NCBI RefSeq assembly: GCF_964355755.1
Contig: NC_092674.1
Span: 17,546,001-17,610,000, forward strand
Direction of reading: 5' to 3'
DNA: 64,000 nt
Source: Antedon mediterranea
Lineage: Eukaryota > Animalia > Echinodermata
The notes under the pieces were generated by a model. It was not told the DNA's origin, searched no databases, and worked only from the letters and a program-made list of their open reading frames with translations. Positions 50,490 through 61,518 of the stretch are shown one piece after another (within the stretch, counting starts at the first letter, position 1; each line of letters starts with the position of its first letter). Made by a program: the position numbers and the translations under genes.

Positions 50490-50836
50490 TAGTAACGAAT
50501 TATGTCAAAAAATAAAAGACTGGAAATTTGGCCATATTTTGAAAATTTGTCTGTGGGGGACCATAGGAATTTTTTCGAAAAATTGACAAAAAATTCCAAA
50601 TTTCTAAAATTCAAAAATTATGCTATAATATTGCCATTTATGCAAATATATTGTGCTAATATCATCTTATAGAGCCATAGTTACTAGTTATGTCAAAAAA
50701 TAAAAAGGTCAAAATTTGGCCATTTTTCGAAAATTTTCCTCCGGGGGGGACCACAGGAATTTTTTCGAAAAATAACCAAAATTTCAACCGTTTAAAGTTT
50801 AATAATTAAGCTATAATATTGCCATTTATGCACATA
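50490..50836. repeat. Satellite 2 (block 4, last)
   Basis: About 2 monomers, ending abruptly at gcacaTA. Confidence 0.9.
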
Positions 50837-51900
50837 CTGTAACTCTCTCTCGCTGATCTATCTCTCTCTCCTCAGAGCGCACATGCAAAAATGCACATCG
50901 GCCACCTACAGTTTTCAGTGAGAAACATGCACATTTGATGATAATCTAGGGGGACTTTCCACAGTAAGACATAGGCACAGGTGCATGTTTGCTCTCCGCG
51001 AGACTGTCACTATGAGAATTGCACATATGCTGATTTACATATAATTATTACTCTTTCTCTATCTATTCAATAAAAAGTCTGTAAAATATCGTTTTTCTGA
51101 GAGATTATTTAAGTCTCTAATTAACATTCATGTCTCTAATGATTTACACGTTATCTTCCTTGTTTTTTATGAAAAATATCGTTTTGGGGAAAAAATGGAG
51201 TAATGTTCTAAGAACGATAGGTCGTCATATTTTTTTTTTCGCATTCACCAACATCGTCCTTTAAACATTTACTTTACATTGGAAACATATAACGTTTATA
51301 TTTTTCCTATGTAAAAAAACACCAAAAGATCGTTTTTCCAGAGTTTCAACCCGATTTGACATCGGGAAAATGGTTTCCGCGGCGATTTTTATGTGTGTAC
51401 TTAATGGTGCACATATGCTGATTTTACCAAAAATACGTTATTTTACACAAAAATTCATCGTCTTGTAAAAATTTTGAGTTTCATACACAATACATTTATA
51501 TACTCTCTTTTTTTAATGAAGAAAACTAAAAAAAATATCGTGTCTTTTTTGAAAAAAATGTAAAAAACGCGTAATTTCTCAGACTCGAATGCACTTTTGA
51601 TGATTTTTGAATTTTTTCATGACTTATAACTTGGTATGTATTTGATTAAATTGTATGAAGTATGCTTTTCTCTACTCACTTTTCAACAAAGAAAATATTC
51701 TCTTGGGTCAAAATCGATAATTTATCGTTTTTCGGCTATAATTAATTACCTTATATGTAAAGAGCGCACGTCTAAATTGAGGTCGCCCTTTCACTGGAGG
51801 CTCGTTCGTTATTATATTTTTTTAATAGTTTTATAACTGTAGTTTGGTTATTTTAATAAAGTAGATTTAATTAATAACTATGCTGATTTTTATTTATTTT
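50837..51900. mobile_element. Probable terminus of a large DNA transposon inserted at TA
   Basis: Sharp junction TA|CTGTAACTCTCTCTCG, with repeated TGCACAT / TATGCTGATTT motifs. No partner end found, so the right coordinate is approximate. Confidence 0.35.
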
Positions 51901-53678
51901 TAGGAGTTGTTTGATTAAAATTCGACAATTTTATGTTGCCTTAATCAAATTTGGTAAAAATTAAACTAGTAAATAAATAAAATTAGCCGTTAGGGTTATG
52001 TCAACCCAATGTTTGTGAATGCTAAATTCCGTAATTTCTTAAAAATTACTACTTTACTTTATATGAAGCAATGCTTTGATTATATTTCTATAACATATCA
52101 AAAGGATTTAATTGAAACTGTACAAAAAAAGTGACAATTTATGCGATTTTCTATACCATACAAAAAAATTTGGAACGCGAAATATCCTTTTGTAACATAC
52201 AGAACGAAATTGAAATTTGTTTGCGGTTCAACACACATTGAGGTTATCGCGTCGTTCCGCAGACGTGACGCTATATTGGCAATTAGGTTTAGCGTAATTT
52301 CGCTATCGTAAACAGATATTTTTTTCTTATTTTGCTTCGATTTTATTTTAATTTGGCTGTTACACTTATTCTTTCCTTTTATTGGCGTCAGACACTGTGC
52401 ATTTGTGAACCAAGGGAGATCAATTTAGTGACTTGGGAATGAGTAAATAGTGAATTATTGAGCATTATTCTGCGGACTTCAAATTCAAAAGTGGAACCCG
52501 GAGGTTCAGCGTGGATCAATTATCATAATATAAACAAACGGGACCAAACAAACAAACATGTAGGATGGCTTTTTTCGGTAAACGATTAAACAAATGACTA
52601 GGCCTAGGCCTAGACTATAATATGTAGTACTTTTTATTGTCTTATAATAAACAAGGGAGAGGTAGGGATCATAGCTATGTCTACGCTAGGCCGAAGTTTA
52701 AGCCAGGCTAGTTAGAGGGCCTCCAGTCGTATTGTAGTAGGCCTACTAGGCCTAGCCTATAGTTATAGGCCTATAGTTAATTGAAGTAGGTAGGCCTAGA
52801 TAAAGTAGTCTAGGCCTAGTTTGAATGTTCAAGTACTTTAGTAATACTATCAAAGTATTCACAGCATTTAATCTGTAAAAGGCTAATCTAGACTAGTTGC
52901 TAGCTAGGCCTAGGCGAAAATAACATTATTATTGTTATACTGCCCTTAATAAACATGGAGTAATAATAAGGATAAGGTCTTGTTGGATGAGGCCATCGAT
53001 CAAGTTTACATTCCGTACAAGTTGTTCTGTTTTTCTGTTGTAAATTAGTATTTTCTATCAATCATCAACATTTGGTGTTGCGGCTATCGGGACATCAACC
53101 TCATTGGCTAATAAACAGCTCAGTGAATTTCGGCCACTGATCATGTCTGTTGCCGCATCCCTACTTACCAACAAAAAACACATCTCTTATAGACAATCGT
53201 CAATAAAAACAATTTTCAGAAAAAAATTTACAAATCAGGTCAGCCGAAACCAAATCAAATTACTAGAAAAAAATAAAAAATATTCATTTGATGCCTGGTA
53301 AACTGTGCCGATAGAAATGGTCATGGTGTACCCTAATGTAAAGAACATACTTTAAAGAAAATAATAAATCTTCTGAAACACCATTTTAAAAGCATTACCT
53401 TCGATTTCATAAAAGGAAGACACTGTCGTATCTACCATAAATATCATTTGAGAGACAAAAAAAATTCAAGAGTGAAACAAAACACAATACAATATTTAAA
53501 ATTTTATTGATTACATCACACAGAGAGTGTCATTATTCCATTACATGAAATGCTTAAATTTGTCTGGGAATTATGCAATGAACAATAAATATTTATTTAA
53601 ATAAGAAATAATAATTAATTTTATTTGAATTTATTAGGAAAATAATAAAATATACATACAAAGTAATAACATAAATTA

Positions 53679-55698
53679 AGGCCACAGCTCAATCTTCTCA
53701 TTCGGAAAAGTAAAGAACGCAAAAATAAATGGACAGAGGCATGTGGGGTCATTAAAACTGAATCGGACTGGGTCATTAGATAATGAAGAAACTGGACAAT
53801 TGACCAATGAAGCTAGGAGGTTTTGAATACCGGCAGACTAAAAACTGTCCATTTTAGAGGATTATCAAATGATCAATGTATTAAATAAATAAAAATATTA
53901 AATAATATTAATATAAAATCCTTTGTTAAAAAAAATGTTAAATTCGACTACATATGTATGTTTTAATTGTTAGCTTTTTTAATATGACGAGACATGTTTA
54001 TCAAAAATATTAGAAATCGTGGAAGGAAATATTTGATTCATATTAAAATGAATTATAGTGGAATTACTCTTGAAATATAAAATACTCATGACAAAATAGA
54101 AATCACAATTTAATGTACACATTTCATTGCAAAAGTTTCCCCTCTGCTTTTTTGTAAGGGCTTGGGATCTTCAAATACAAAGTGCAATGAATGATTTAAT
54201 GTAAATTATAATGCAATTATATAAACTTATTGTAATAATATAAAAATTACAAAATAATTCACTACATTAACCATTGCTCTTTGGATTTGGCAGCATTAAA
54301 AACTTTTTTTTTATTATTATTTTTATTAACTTTATTGCACATTCAGAAAACCATTAGATATGGTGGCCCAATGGCCAAATTGCATAAAATAAAAAATATT
54401 TTGTAAAAAGTGAAAATAAAATAACAGAACAAAACAAAAAATAGAAAATATATATATATGAAACAGTATAAAAACTCTATCCATGGCTACAAAAATCATT
54501 TGGAATCATTCTTGTTGCTGTTTTTTTTCCCACTTTTGACGAAGGTGACGGGTGGCAACCAATAGCCGATTTCCATGCTTCATCAGATGTTGCAGCACAA
54601 TACCAATTTCCATAGTACTGAGTGTGGTTCTTATTTAACCTTGGTTGCTTACACTTTGAGCACACAATCACAGACATTCTTGGTTTGTACATTTTGATCG
54701 GTTTCCAATGTCTTTAGCCACTCGTTTTCTGTACAAGAGGGTAGTTCTAGGAATGCGAGTACTACTAGCCGCAGGGACTGATGGTGGTGGGTTTGCTATC
54801 TCGCCTGGAACTGGGATCGACAGTCTGTTTCCTAGAGTTGCTCCGCCAGAAGTGTTTTTTGGTTGGACAAATGTGAAAGATGGAGCGCTTGCAGGATCGT
54901 TCAGCACCGCTGGATTGGTTAAAGGTTCAAGTAGGGTATTATCAGAGACAAGTTTGGGTATTGTTGCTGAGATGCCAGATTCCAACACTTGCCGCTCTTG
55001 CTTCTTTGATGTTCTGTTGTACCTGTAATAACATCAATAACAAGTTAAAACTCACCGCTGGATGAGTGTCGTACGATTTATCTCCATCAACTGAAGCTTA
55101 GCAAACAACATCAGGTGTCCATTTGATAGCACTTTCCGACGAATGTTTTTGTAGCCTTTGCCGATTAGCGGCCAGCGCTGGAAATGTTTCCCTCCGATAT
55201 ATACGGTAGACGGATACTCTTCACATAGTTTTGTAATAAGGCACTCCATATATTGATTGCAGTCCGGCCATTGGGCTGGTCCGGTGTTCTGACCTAAGAA
55301 GCATCTGTTAACCTACAAAGTGAAAAACGCAGGAAACTGCCTTACTGTCGAGTGCTTTCAACACCAGGTATTACAGCAGTCGTTTTACTTTTCTTGAACC
55401 TGCCTTTTGTGAGGTAATCGTGATGCCGTGCTTTGCGCTTAACGGTTTTGTCATACGCATCCAGGTTGTTCCACAACTTTGTGACATGTTCAGCATGACT
55501 TTGACTTATGACTTCACTGTCTTCCTTAAACTGCATAAGGTAGTCTGCCAGGGCTTCAACTTTGGCGTAGCCTGGAATGCTGTCCAGTCCAGTGGAATCC
55601 TCAAGTTCCTAAATTTTGTTAAGAAAATATGAAAACAACATAAATAATAAGACTTTATGCATTGTATTGCAAAACAGAAACAAAATTTATGAGGTAAA
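53679..55698 (-). mobile_element. Older, truncated relative of the Dada-like element (copy 3)
   Basis: Begins AGGCCACAGCTCAATCTTCTCA and is colinear with 13970-~16510, with many substitutions and deletions. Confidence 0.85.
54506..55608 (-). pseudogene. Dada-like transposase last three exons (copy 3, frameshifted)
   Basis: Homologous translations (GPAQWPDC, EINRTTLIQ, CSKC..NHTQYYGNWYC). Small deletions near 54580 and 54705 shift the frame. Confidence 0.85.
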
Positions 55699-55730
55699 TA
55701 ATAATAATATTTATTCGGTCATCAATGTAA

Positions 55731-55790
55731 AAACAAGCACGAATGTGGGGGTACAGCGAAAGAAGCTGTAATGACGTCATAAGACCATAA
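55731..55790 (-). mobile_element. Degenerate 3' end of the HINE family seen at 40862
   Basis: AAACAAGCACGAATGTG..GGGGTACAGCGAAAGAAGCTGTAATGACGT. Confidence 0.7.
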
Positions 55791-57814
55791 AGAGAAAATG
55801 TTTTATAAGGGAAATAAGAATAAAGGTGGGCGATACCCACAAAAGAGAAGAAAAACAAATGCTTTAAATCTCAACCAAAGTTACATTAAGCAAGTCTTCA
55901 ATGTATCAAGATTTGATTTGATCATCGGATGAGTTTTTAATTAATTTAATCCTGAGGATTCCATATAATTTGTAATTCTAACATGAAGCTATAAAATTAG
56001 ATGATTCTACCATAGCATAACATAAATGGAGCATGATTGAGAAGAGACAGCTTTATGTTATTATATGACATTTTTTGCTTTAAAAGTGACAATTGCTAGT
56101 ATACAACAGGGAAGACAGGCAGGCCCGAGGTGCTCTGAATCTCTGATGTAGAATTACATCTCTGTCGTAGAAAGTTCCAGGAAGACATATGACACTATAC
56201 AAGGAAAACCAAAAATAAAATTGATTATAACGTAATGTGCAGGTGGTAATTGTGTTGCCTTAATAACTTCTGTAGAAACTACCTTTCGATTGATCTGACC
56301 TTAGGTAGGTTGTCGGTGGTCGTCTGAAACTAGAATACATCAAAACTGCCAAGTTGAGGAGTGAGGGAGGACGTCCTAATATCTCTGCATGCACACAATG
56401 TTCTGAACACAACCTTATTTTAAGTATTATGGAATAAAAATTTATTTGATTGATTAATGGATTACCTTGGGAATTACCTGAATACAGTAAATGCAACCAG
56501 TTACAATAGTTGTCATCATTAATGACCTCAACACCAACCCACATAGATGAAACTGAAAGTATAACAATGTAAATACAGTTGTTCTGAGTTCAGTAATGTG
56601 GGGGAAGTTAGTAATAACTAGCGTCAGAATAAACAACACAGGTACCAATAATAAAGCAGGAGTTCTCAACAGTTTTCAATCGTACGCCACATTGTAATTT
56701 ACTAATAATGTTGTGTGCCAGAGATAGAATGTGAAGTCACAGGTGGGGGAACCAGCCGTGTAACAAGGGTGTTGTGTTGAATTGTGAACAAAGCATTATA
56801 GTCAACACTCCTACTAGTAAACAAAACAGAAACAAAATATTTCATCTCATATTTGATACAACACAGTTCGTTAAGTTGTGCAGTATTATTATTTAATTTG
56901 ACATTTAATTAAATAAAACACATGCATACAAAAGATACGTATTGTAAACTCTTACTTTTAAACTGCAAAAGGATGTTATGATGAAGAATATCCAGAATGT
57001 TAACAGCAACTAACTGTTGGTGGAAAATTAATGGCATATTAAAATATTAGAGTTTTCAGTTTATATTTATTAGACAACTGATAGACAAACTATATATAGA
57101 TAGATATTACCCAAGTACAAATAATAATTCACTGTCAATTAATAATTTATAACTTTTTTTTTTTCATTTATAACAATATTTGTAAAAATTATACTAAACC
57201 TTTTGTTTAGATCAGCTTTTTGAAATAATGCCCTGCTATTTTAGGGTATTTAACATTAGCGTATACTCAGAGTATACATACAGAAGAGTTGGTGTTAAAA
57301 AGGAGAAAGCAGAAATAAAAATAACCTATTACAAGTAAAATAGTTTTTGCAAACTAGCTACAGTATGGTTATAACTTACCAGGTCTAAATGTGTTTGTTG
57401 TAATAATGACTGCTAAAAACCATGACTCTGAATGAAACTCAAAGTAACTCAAACTACATGTTAATCAACATCAAAACATATGAAAATAATAAGGTAGCAT
57501 GTTGTGGTGGCTTTATCATTAACTAAAATACTGCCATGTTAGGATATGCTTGGGATTGGCTTCACGTTCTATTTCTGCCAATTTTCTGAATAATCTATTA
57601 AGCTACAGAATGCTAGAATTATGTTTAACCTGTCTGTGATTTGATGATCCATATATAACATCTTGAAAGGTCTTTCCTTGCATAGAAGACAAAACTACTG
57701 TTTTCATTAATTACTTTATAGAATTTTATTTTTCTTTTTTTGTAACTTAAATTAACATTTCCATTATTAAATCATTTAAAATAGTATAACATTTCAACAA
57801 TTCATTATTAACAC

Positions 57815-57980
57815 TAGACTTGCCCCAAGTCTGTATTATCTTTTTTTTTATTTATTTGTTTTTATTTCGACCGCGAATTTTGTCTGAAAATCAAGTAGTA
57901 TACGTATGAAACGCCATATGTGCCAAAATATTTATCTTTTTACTAATATTAAGACAAAACTCCGTCTGGAACCCAGACTA
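57815..57980. mobile_element. 166-bp internal-deletion derivative of the AcademH-like element
   Basis: Same termini as 34351-35309, with its own 9-bp TSD TATTAACAC (57806-57814, 57981-57989). Confidence 0.88.
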
Positions 57981-58006
57981 TATTAACACATGCTATGAAT
58001 ATAATA

Positions 58007-58444
58007 TAGTCGACTCTCCAAATACTGGACTCTGAACTGAAAAAACCGAACACTCTCCCAATACCAGAATTGTCTTGAGGACCAGAAGACCCCAAATTCC
58101 GAAGCTTTTAAGAGAATTTTCCAAAGAATGTAGGGAAAGTTTTGTGTAACTAAGCAGACAGGTCTATTTTCAATAAGGTGATGGGACCAGGATAGCTTTA
58201 TTTGCCAAGTCATGCATAACATATCGTTTGAGGGGCTTCATAAGCAGCCGCACATGTGGTTTAATCTTTTGTTTTAATTTAGCTGACTGAGACAATCACT
58301 ACATAGTTGCACGCTTATCCACTTTAGCGGACTTCCTGCTATGCGGAACAGGATGTAAACTCGTTAAAAAACACATTCCAAATACCAAACCGTTACGGAA
58401 TCCAACATATTCTGCCAGGTGTCCGGTATTAGGAAAGTTGACTG
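58007..58444. mobile_element. Degenerate pogo/Tigger-like MITE
   Basis: TA|TAGTCGACTCTCCAAATACTGGAC ... GTCCGGTATTAGGAAAGTTGACTG|TA imperfect TIRs. Confidence 0.7.
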
Positions 58445-58587
58445 TACAATAATGAATAATTTATCAACTACATATGTTATTAAACCACCACACAAACAAT
58501 TAATGTTAAATATTAAACGATGAGACATGTTTTGTCTAAATCAACTAACAATTACTTATTAAGGGTATGTTCAGACTCTTGACGTAA

Positions 58588-58764
58588 AAGTACTACTTCT
58601 CCCTACCATCCACAAACCGAGGAATTAGTGGAAAGCTTTAATGGCACCCTTAAGTGTATGGTTTGTTCAGGATGATCCCCGGGAATGGAATAAATTGCTT
58701 CCGTACCTATTATTTGCTTATAGGGAGATACCGCAGGAGTCTACTGGGTTCTCCCCACATGATA
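58588..58764 (+). mobile_element. Gypsy integrase fragment
   Basis: TTSPYHPQT / GLVESFNGTLK / REWNKLLPYLLFAYREIPQESTGFSP across frameshifts. Confidence 0.85.
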
Positions 58765-59815
58765 CGTCCACCTAGGGATAGTATGACTGATAACCACATC
58801 ATGGAGGAAATAAAGTTCATCAGTTTTTATATGAGAAAACAAATTTGTTATCCTTACTCTGTAGAGATAGTCAACTGAAGGCAAACAGACACAAGTGATT
58901 CTGCTAACTTTTCTAATCAGACGATCTATTAATTCTTTATCTTTGTTAAAAGCAATTTCTCCCCATCCCGTTAAGCAATAACTCCAAACCCCACAAACAA
59001 CTGACGTATAAAAGATATTGATGGTTTTGTTACTCACATTAAAAGCATTTACATACGAGTATTTAATTTCTTACTAATATATTCTAAATATTCAGAAAAA
59101 TTTAATCTATCTCTACATGATTACCATCAATAATGAATGAATAATATCAGTAGATGCCCTAAATTTATTACGAAAATCTATTACCATTTCTTTGGTCTTA
59201 GAATAGCAGTATTAAGTTTAAGATGGTTTTTATTACAAAAACCTTACAAACCGGTCAATTTCAGCTTTATAATAACCATAGTTGTCATGTTTGACCCAGG
59301 ATGGCTGTGTCATCAGCTAATTTGATAACAGGACAATCTGGGTGATCGGACTTAAAGTCTGAAGTGAACACAGTGAATAGGAAAGGGGCTAAAACTGTGC
59401 CCTGTGGGGAATCTGTGTTACTAAACAATAATTTCATATTTAACTTCGCTGTTCAGTTTAATATATTGATATCTATGTGTCAACAAAATTAAGTACAAGG
59501 CCATTCAACTTATTAGGTACGTTGGCATTTATCAAATTATTTGTCAACAGATGAAGGCCGATGATAGATCAAAATACATTATTCTGACACTGTGTTGGTG
59601 TTTGTACCCTCTAAATGAGAATAATGTATAACGTTCGTGTAATATTGATCCATTGCGATTGATTATTGCGATTAAAATCATCATTTATTATAATATAAGC
59701 ATCAGCGTATTTGGCTTCAATATCTAAGATAACATCATTTATTTCACAAAGGACCTCTTTTCCAAGATTAGTGTGCGGAATGTAGATGGAAATGTTCATA
59801 ATAACTGAAAATTCG
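58765..59815 (-). mobile_element. Internally deleted non-LTR retrotransposon ORF2 (Rex-Babar-like)
   Basis: In order on the minus strand: endonuclease (IYIPH..IIINDDFN), RT (FDLSSAF; SPQGTVLAPFLF; KLADDT), C-terminus (FYTSVV..SYCLTGWG..IRKVSRI). Confidence 0.85.
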
Positions 59816-60120
59816 CATGGAAAAACTACTGTAATAAAGCATGACGTACACCCAGTTAGACAAAAAGCTTATCCAATTCATCAGGCTAAGTTAGGCAAAG
59901 TAAAAGAAGAGTCTCACTGTCCAAAACGGGACGGTACAGCTCGCTTTAACATGAATTACAAAAAAATGCATATCCAATGCCACGGATAAATGAAATAATA
60001 GGCAGGGTTGGTACTACTAAATTTATAACGAAATTAGATTGATGTAGAAGGTTCCTAACTGAACGGTCAAAACCATATACAGCTTTTTCAACACCAATGG
60101 TTTTGTAACAATTTAAGTGT
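59816..60120 (+). mobile_element. Gypsy reverse-transcriptase N-terminal fragments
   Basis: GKTTVIKH, PVRQKAYP, PKRDGTARF, AYPMPRINEII, FITKLD, TAFSTP, with stops and deletions. Confidence 0.8.
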
Positions 60121-60144
60121 TAGGCCAAGAGTCTGGACATACCC

Positions 60145-60995
60145 TAAATAACCACAGTACATATGTTGTTTAAATCAGTTCAACAATTCTGATTAAACCA
60201 TGACACATGTTTTGTTTAAATCAGGTCAGCAATTACTGATTAAACTATGACACATGTTTTGTTTAAATCAACTAAGCAACTAATGTCTAAAAAACCACAC
60301 ATGATTTGTTTAAACATGGAGTAAATATAACTCTATGGTTTTGTTTAAATCAACTAAGCAAACTGATTAAACCACCACACATGTTTTGTTTAAATCAGGT
60401 CAACAATTACTGATTAAACCATGACATATGTTTTGTTTAAATCAGGTCAACAATTACTTATCCATGACACATGTTTTGTTTAAATCAACTAAGCAACTAA
60501 TGTCTAAAAAACCACACATGTTTTGTTTAAACATGGAGTAAATATAACTCCATGGTTTAAATCAGTTCAACAATTACTGATTAAACCATGACACATGTTT
60601 TGTTTAAATCAACTAAGCAAACTGATTAAACCACAACACATGTTTTGTTTAAATCAGGTCAACAATTAATGATTAAACCATGACATATGTTTTGTTTAAA
60701 TCAGGTCAACAATTACTGATTAAACCATGACACATGTTTTGTTTAAATCAGTTCAACACTTACTTATTAAACCATGACACATGTTTTGTTTAAATCAACT
60801 AAGCAACTAATGTCTAAAAAACCACACATGTTTTGTTTAAACATGGAGTAAATATAACTCCATGGTTTAAATCAGTTCAACAATTACTGATTAAATCATG
60901 ACACATGTTTTGTTTAAATCAACTAAGCAACTAATATCTAAAAAACCACACACGTTTTGTTTAAACATGGAGTAAATATAACTCCATGGTTTAAA
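60145..60995. repeat. ~47-bp minisatellite
   Basis: TTAAACCATGACACATGTTTTGTTTAAATCAGGTCAACAATTACTGA and variants. A related degenerate unit lies at ~58480-58562. Confidence 0.92.
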
Positions 60996-60999
60996 TGGT

Positions 61000-61518
61000 G
61001 ATTTGTTTATGAAAAGTAAAAAACAAAAAGTAATACTACTAAAACATGGGGGAATTATAAATAGTATTCTTAAAGGCAAAAGTCAGACTGTTCATGAAAT
61101 TATTCCAGATAAACTTAAAGAATAATTAAATGATGTTAATATTGAATGTAATTCCAATGAACAAAAAGCCGACTTGTTTAATGATTATTTTGTAAATATC
61201 GGCAGAAATTAGCAAGCAAGATTGATTGTTCTCAAAAAAGTTCCAATGATTATTTGAAAAATTCAATTAGTTCCTCTTTTATTTTGGAAACCTGTTTTAG
61301 AATTTAAAGAATTATTAAGAAATATAGATATAAAAAAGTCCACTTGACATGACCAGTTATCTGCTAGATTAATTAAGGATTCATCTATTGTTATTGCAAA
61401 GCCATTAACATATATTATTAACTTATAACTTGTCACAGGTGTTTTTCATGATGACTTGAAGGTGGCACAAGTGACTCCAATTTTTAAAAAGGGTTATAAG
61501 GATATCCTTGGAAATTAT
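61000..61518 (+). mobile_element. CR1/L2-group LINE ORF2 fragment
   Basis: KTWGIINSIL, ADLFNDYFVNIG, LSARLIKD, IAKPLTYIIN, LKVAQVTPIFKKG..GNY, with stops and frameshifts. Confidence 0.85.

Noticed and set aside
55800-57800. ORFs 56260-56544 and 56454-56669
   Set aside because: Short, no recognisable motifs. Region left unannotated.
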